This document shows positions 62,911 to 64,000 of a stretch of DNA of 64,000 nt, piece by piece (the stretch's first letter is position 1; each line of letters begins with the position of its first letter). Position numbers and translations under genes: made by a program. The notes beneath the pieces were generated by a model. The model ran no database searches and was not told the origin of the DNA. It saw nothing but the letters and a program-made list of their open reading frames with translations. The stretch is from Asterias rubens (taxonomy: Eukaryota). The stretch spans positions 8,122,001-8,186,000 of the forward strand of contig NC_047066.1 in NCBI RefSeq assembly GCF_902459465.1, given 5' to 3'.

Positions 62911-64000
62911 AACTGGCCATGATTCAAACATGTCACGTCTGCCTATTCTTTATCACTGGCAAACTCTCTGATCTAGCCGTAGCTGACGCCAAAGTCAGAG
63001 TCTCCGTTTGCTGCCCTCTAGGGCCTTAAAGCTCCCCACTGAGTAAGACTGCAGGGATTTTGCATCTGTTCGTATTTACATGTACTTAACCCATACACGC
63101 TTGAATGAACACTGTTCCCGCCTAAGCCTCATATTGCATTTCAATAACCTTTCATCATTTACTGCAGGCATGATATTCTTCCTACTAAAGTCTGATTTCC
63201 AGGGTTTGTTCTTGCCCCTTAGAAAAGTCAGAAAAGTTGTTAGTCAATAGCTCGGCAAGTCTTTAAAAGGCTACAAGTCTTTAAAAGGCTACGCAGAGAC
63301 CCATTTGTCTCAGAATGATGCCATTAGATGATTTGGTTGTTGACAAATTTTTCACTTGAAGGGTATCAAATAAAATGGCAATCTGCACTATTTTAACATT
63401 GGGTAAGGTTGCAGTTTTATATTTATTTCTCCTATCACATGATGACTCTATCTTTTGGAAATTAGTACATCACAAAATTGAATTTCCCTTCCTCTTTTAG
63501 GTAATGTCTGGCAATTCTCTAAAACTTACCCTGAGCATAGAGCTAGTGATCTGAGTGTTTCTTTTTTACACTCTTTGCTAATGTTGTTATCAGATCAAAT
63601 CTTAATGTTTTCCTTTTCAATAAAAATGCCGAAATTATGCAATCATGACAAGACAGTTGTAGGGATTTGATGGCATGTTTACAATTATATTCCATTTTTA
63701 TAAAGTCTGTGACTGTATTTGTAGGAGATGACAACATTGTTGGAATCTCTATTTAGTCAGAAATATTATTGAATTTTATTTTACTGGAACTGAAAATAGA
63801 TGGAGATGAATCGCTTTCCAAGTTGAGGGATGACAATCTATCGGAAGTTATCTATTTTAAATTGTATTGAATCTTATTTAGCTCATAGCGAGGCTTGACT
63901 GAAAATAGTCGGGTACATGTAATGTGTGATGGTTTATCATAATGTGATGACTGCAGTGATAATTAGGTAGTGTTCAAAATAGATTACTGTGGCTATGGCT

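Overview
AT-rich animal genomic DNA, probably an echinoderm (sea star-like; inferred from the syntaxin sequence and repeat content). It holds the 3' part of one plus-strand gene, a syntaxin-1 (STX1A-like Qa-SNARE). Six constitutive coding exons (equivalent to human exons 4-9; 75/74/109/74/138/111 nt, with the human phases) lie at 29.9-36.0 kb. I could not find exons 1-3, so the first ~30 kb is apparently one large intron. The membrane anchor is encoded by THREE paralogous, phase-0, stop-containing terminal exons at 42.4, 51.6 and 60.0 kb. They sit behind graded AG-free zones of about 1760, 198 and 54 nt. The 1.76-kb zone contains a pyrimidine/UG-rich minisatellite and is preceded by an inverted 121-bp satellite pair. 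The rest is a dense mosaic of non-autonomous TEs (TTAA/Kolobok-type, Harbinger-type, hAT and Sola3-like MITEs, tRNA-SINEs, retroposon tails), tandem repeats and a 771-bp duplication. Coordinates were read by eye, and repeat boundaries are approximate unless a TSD is cited.
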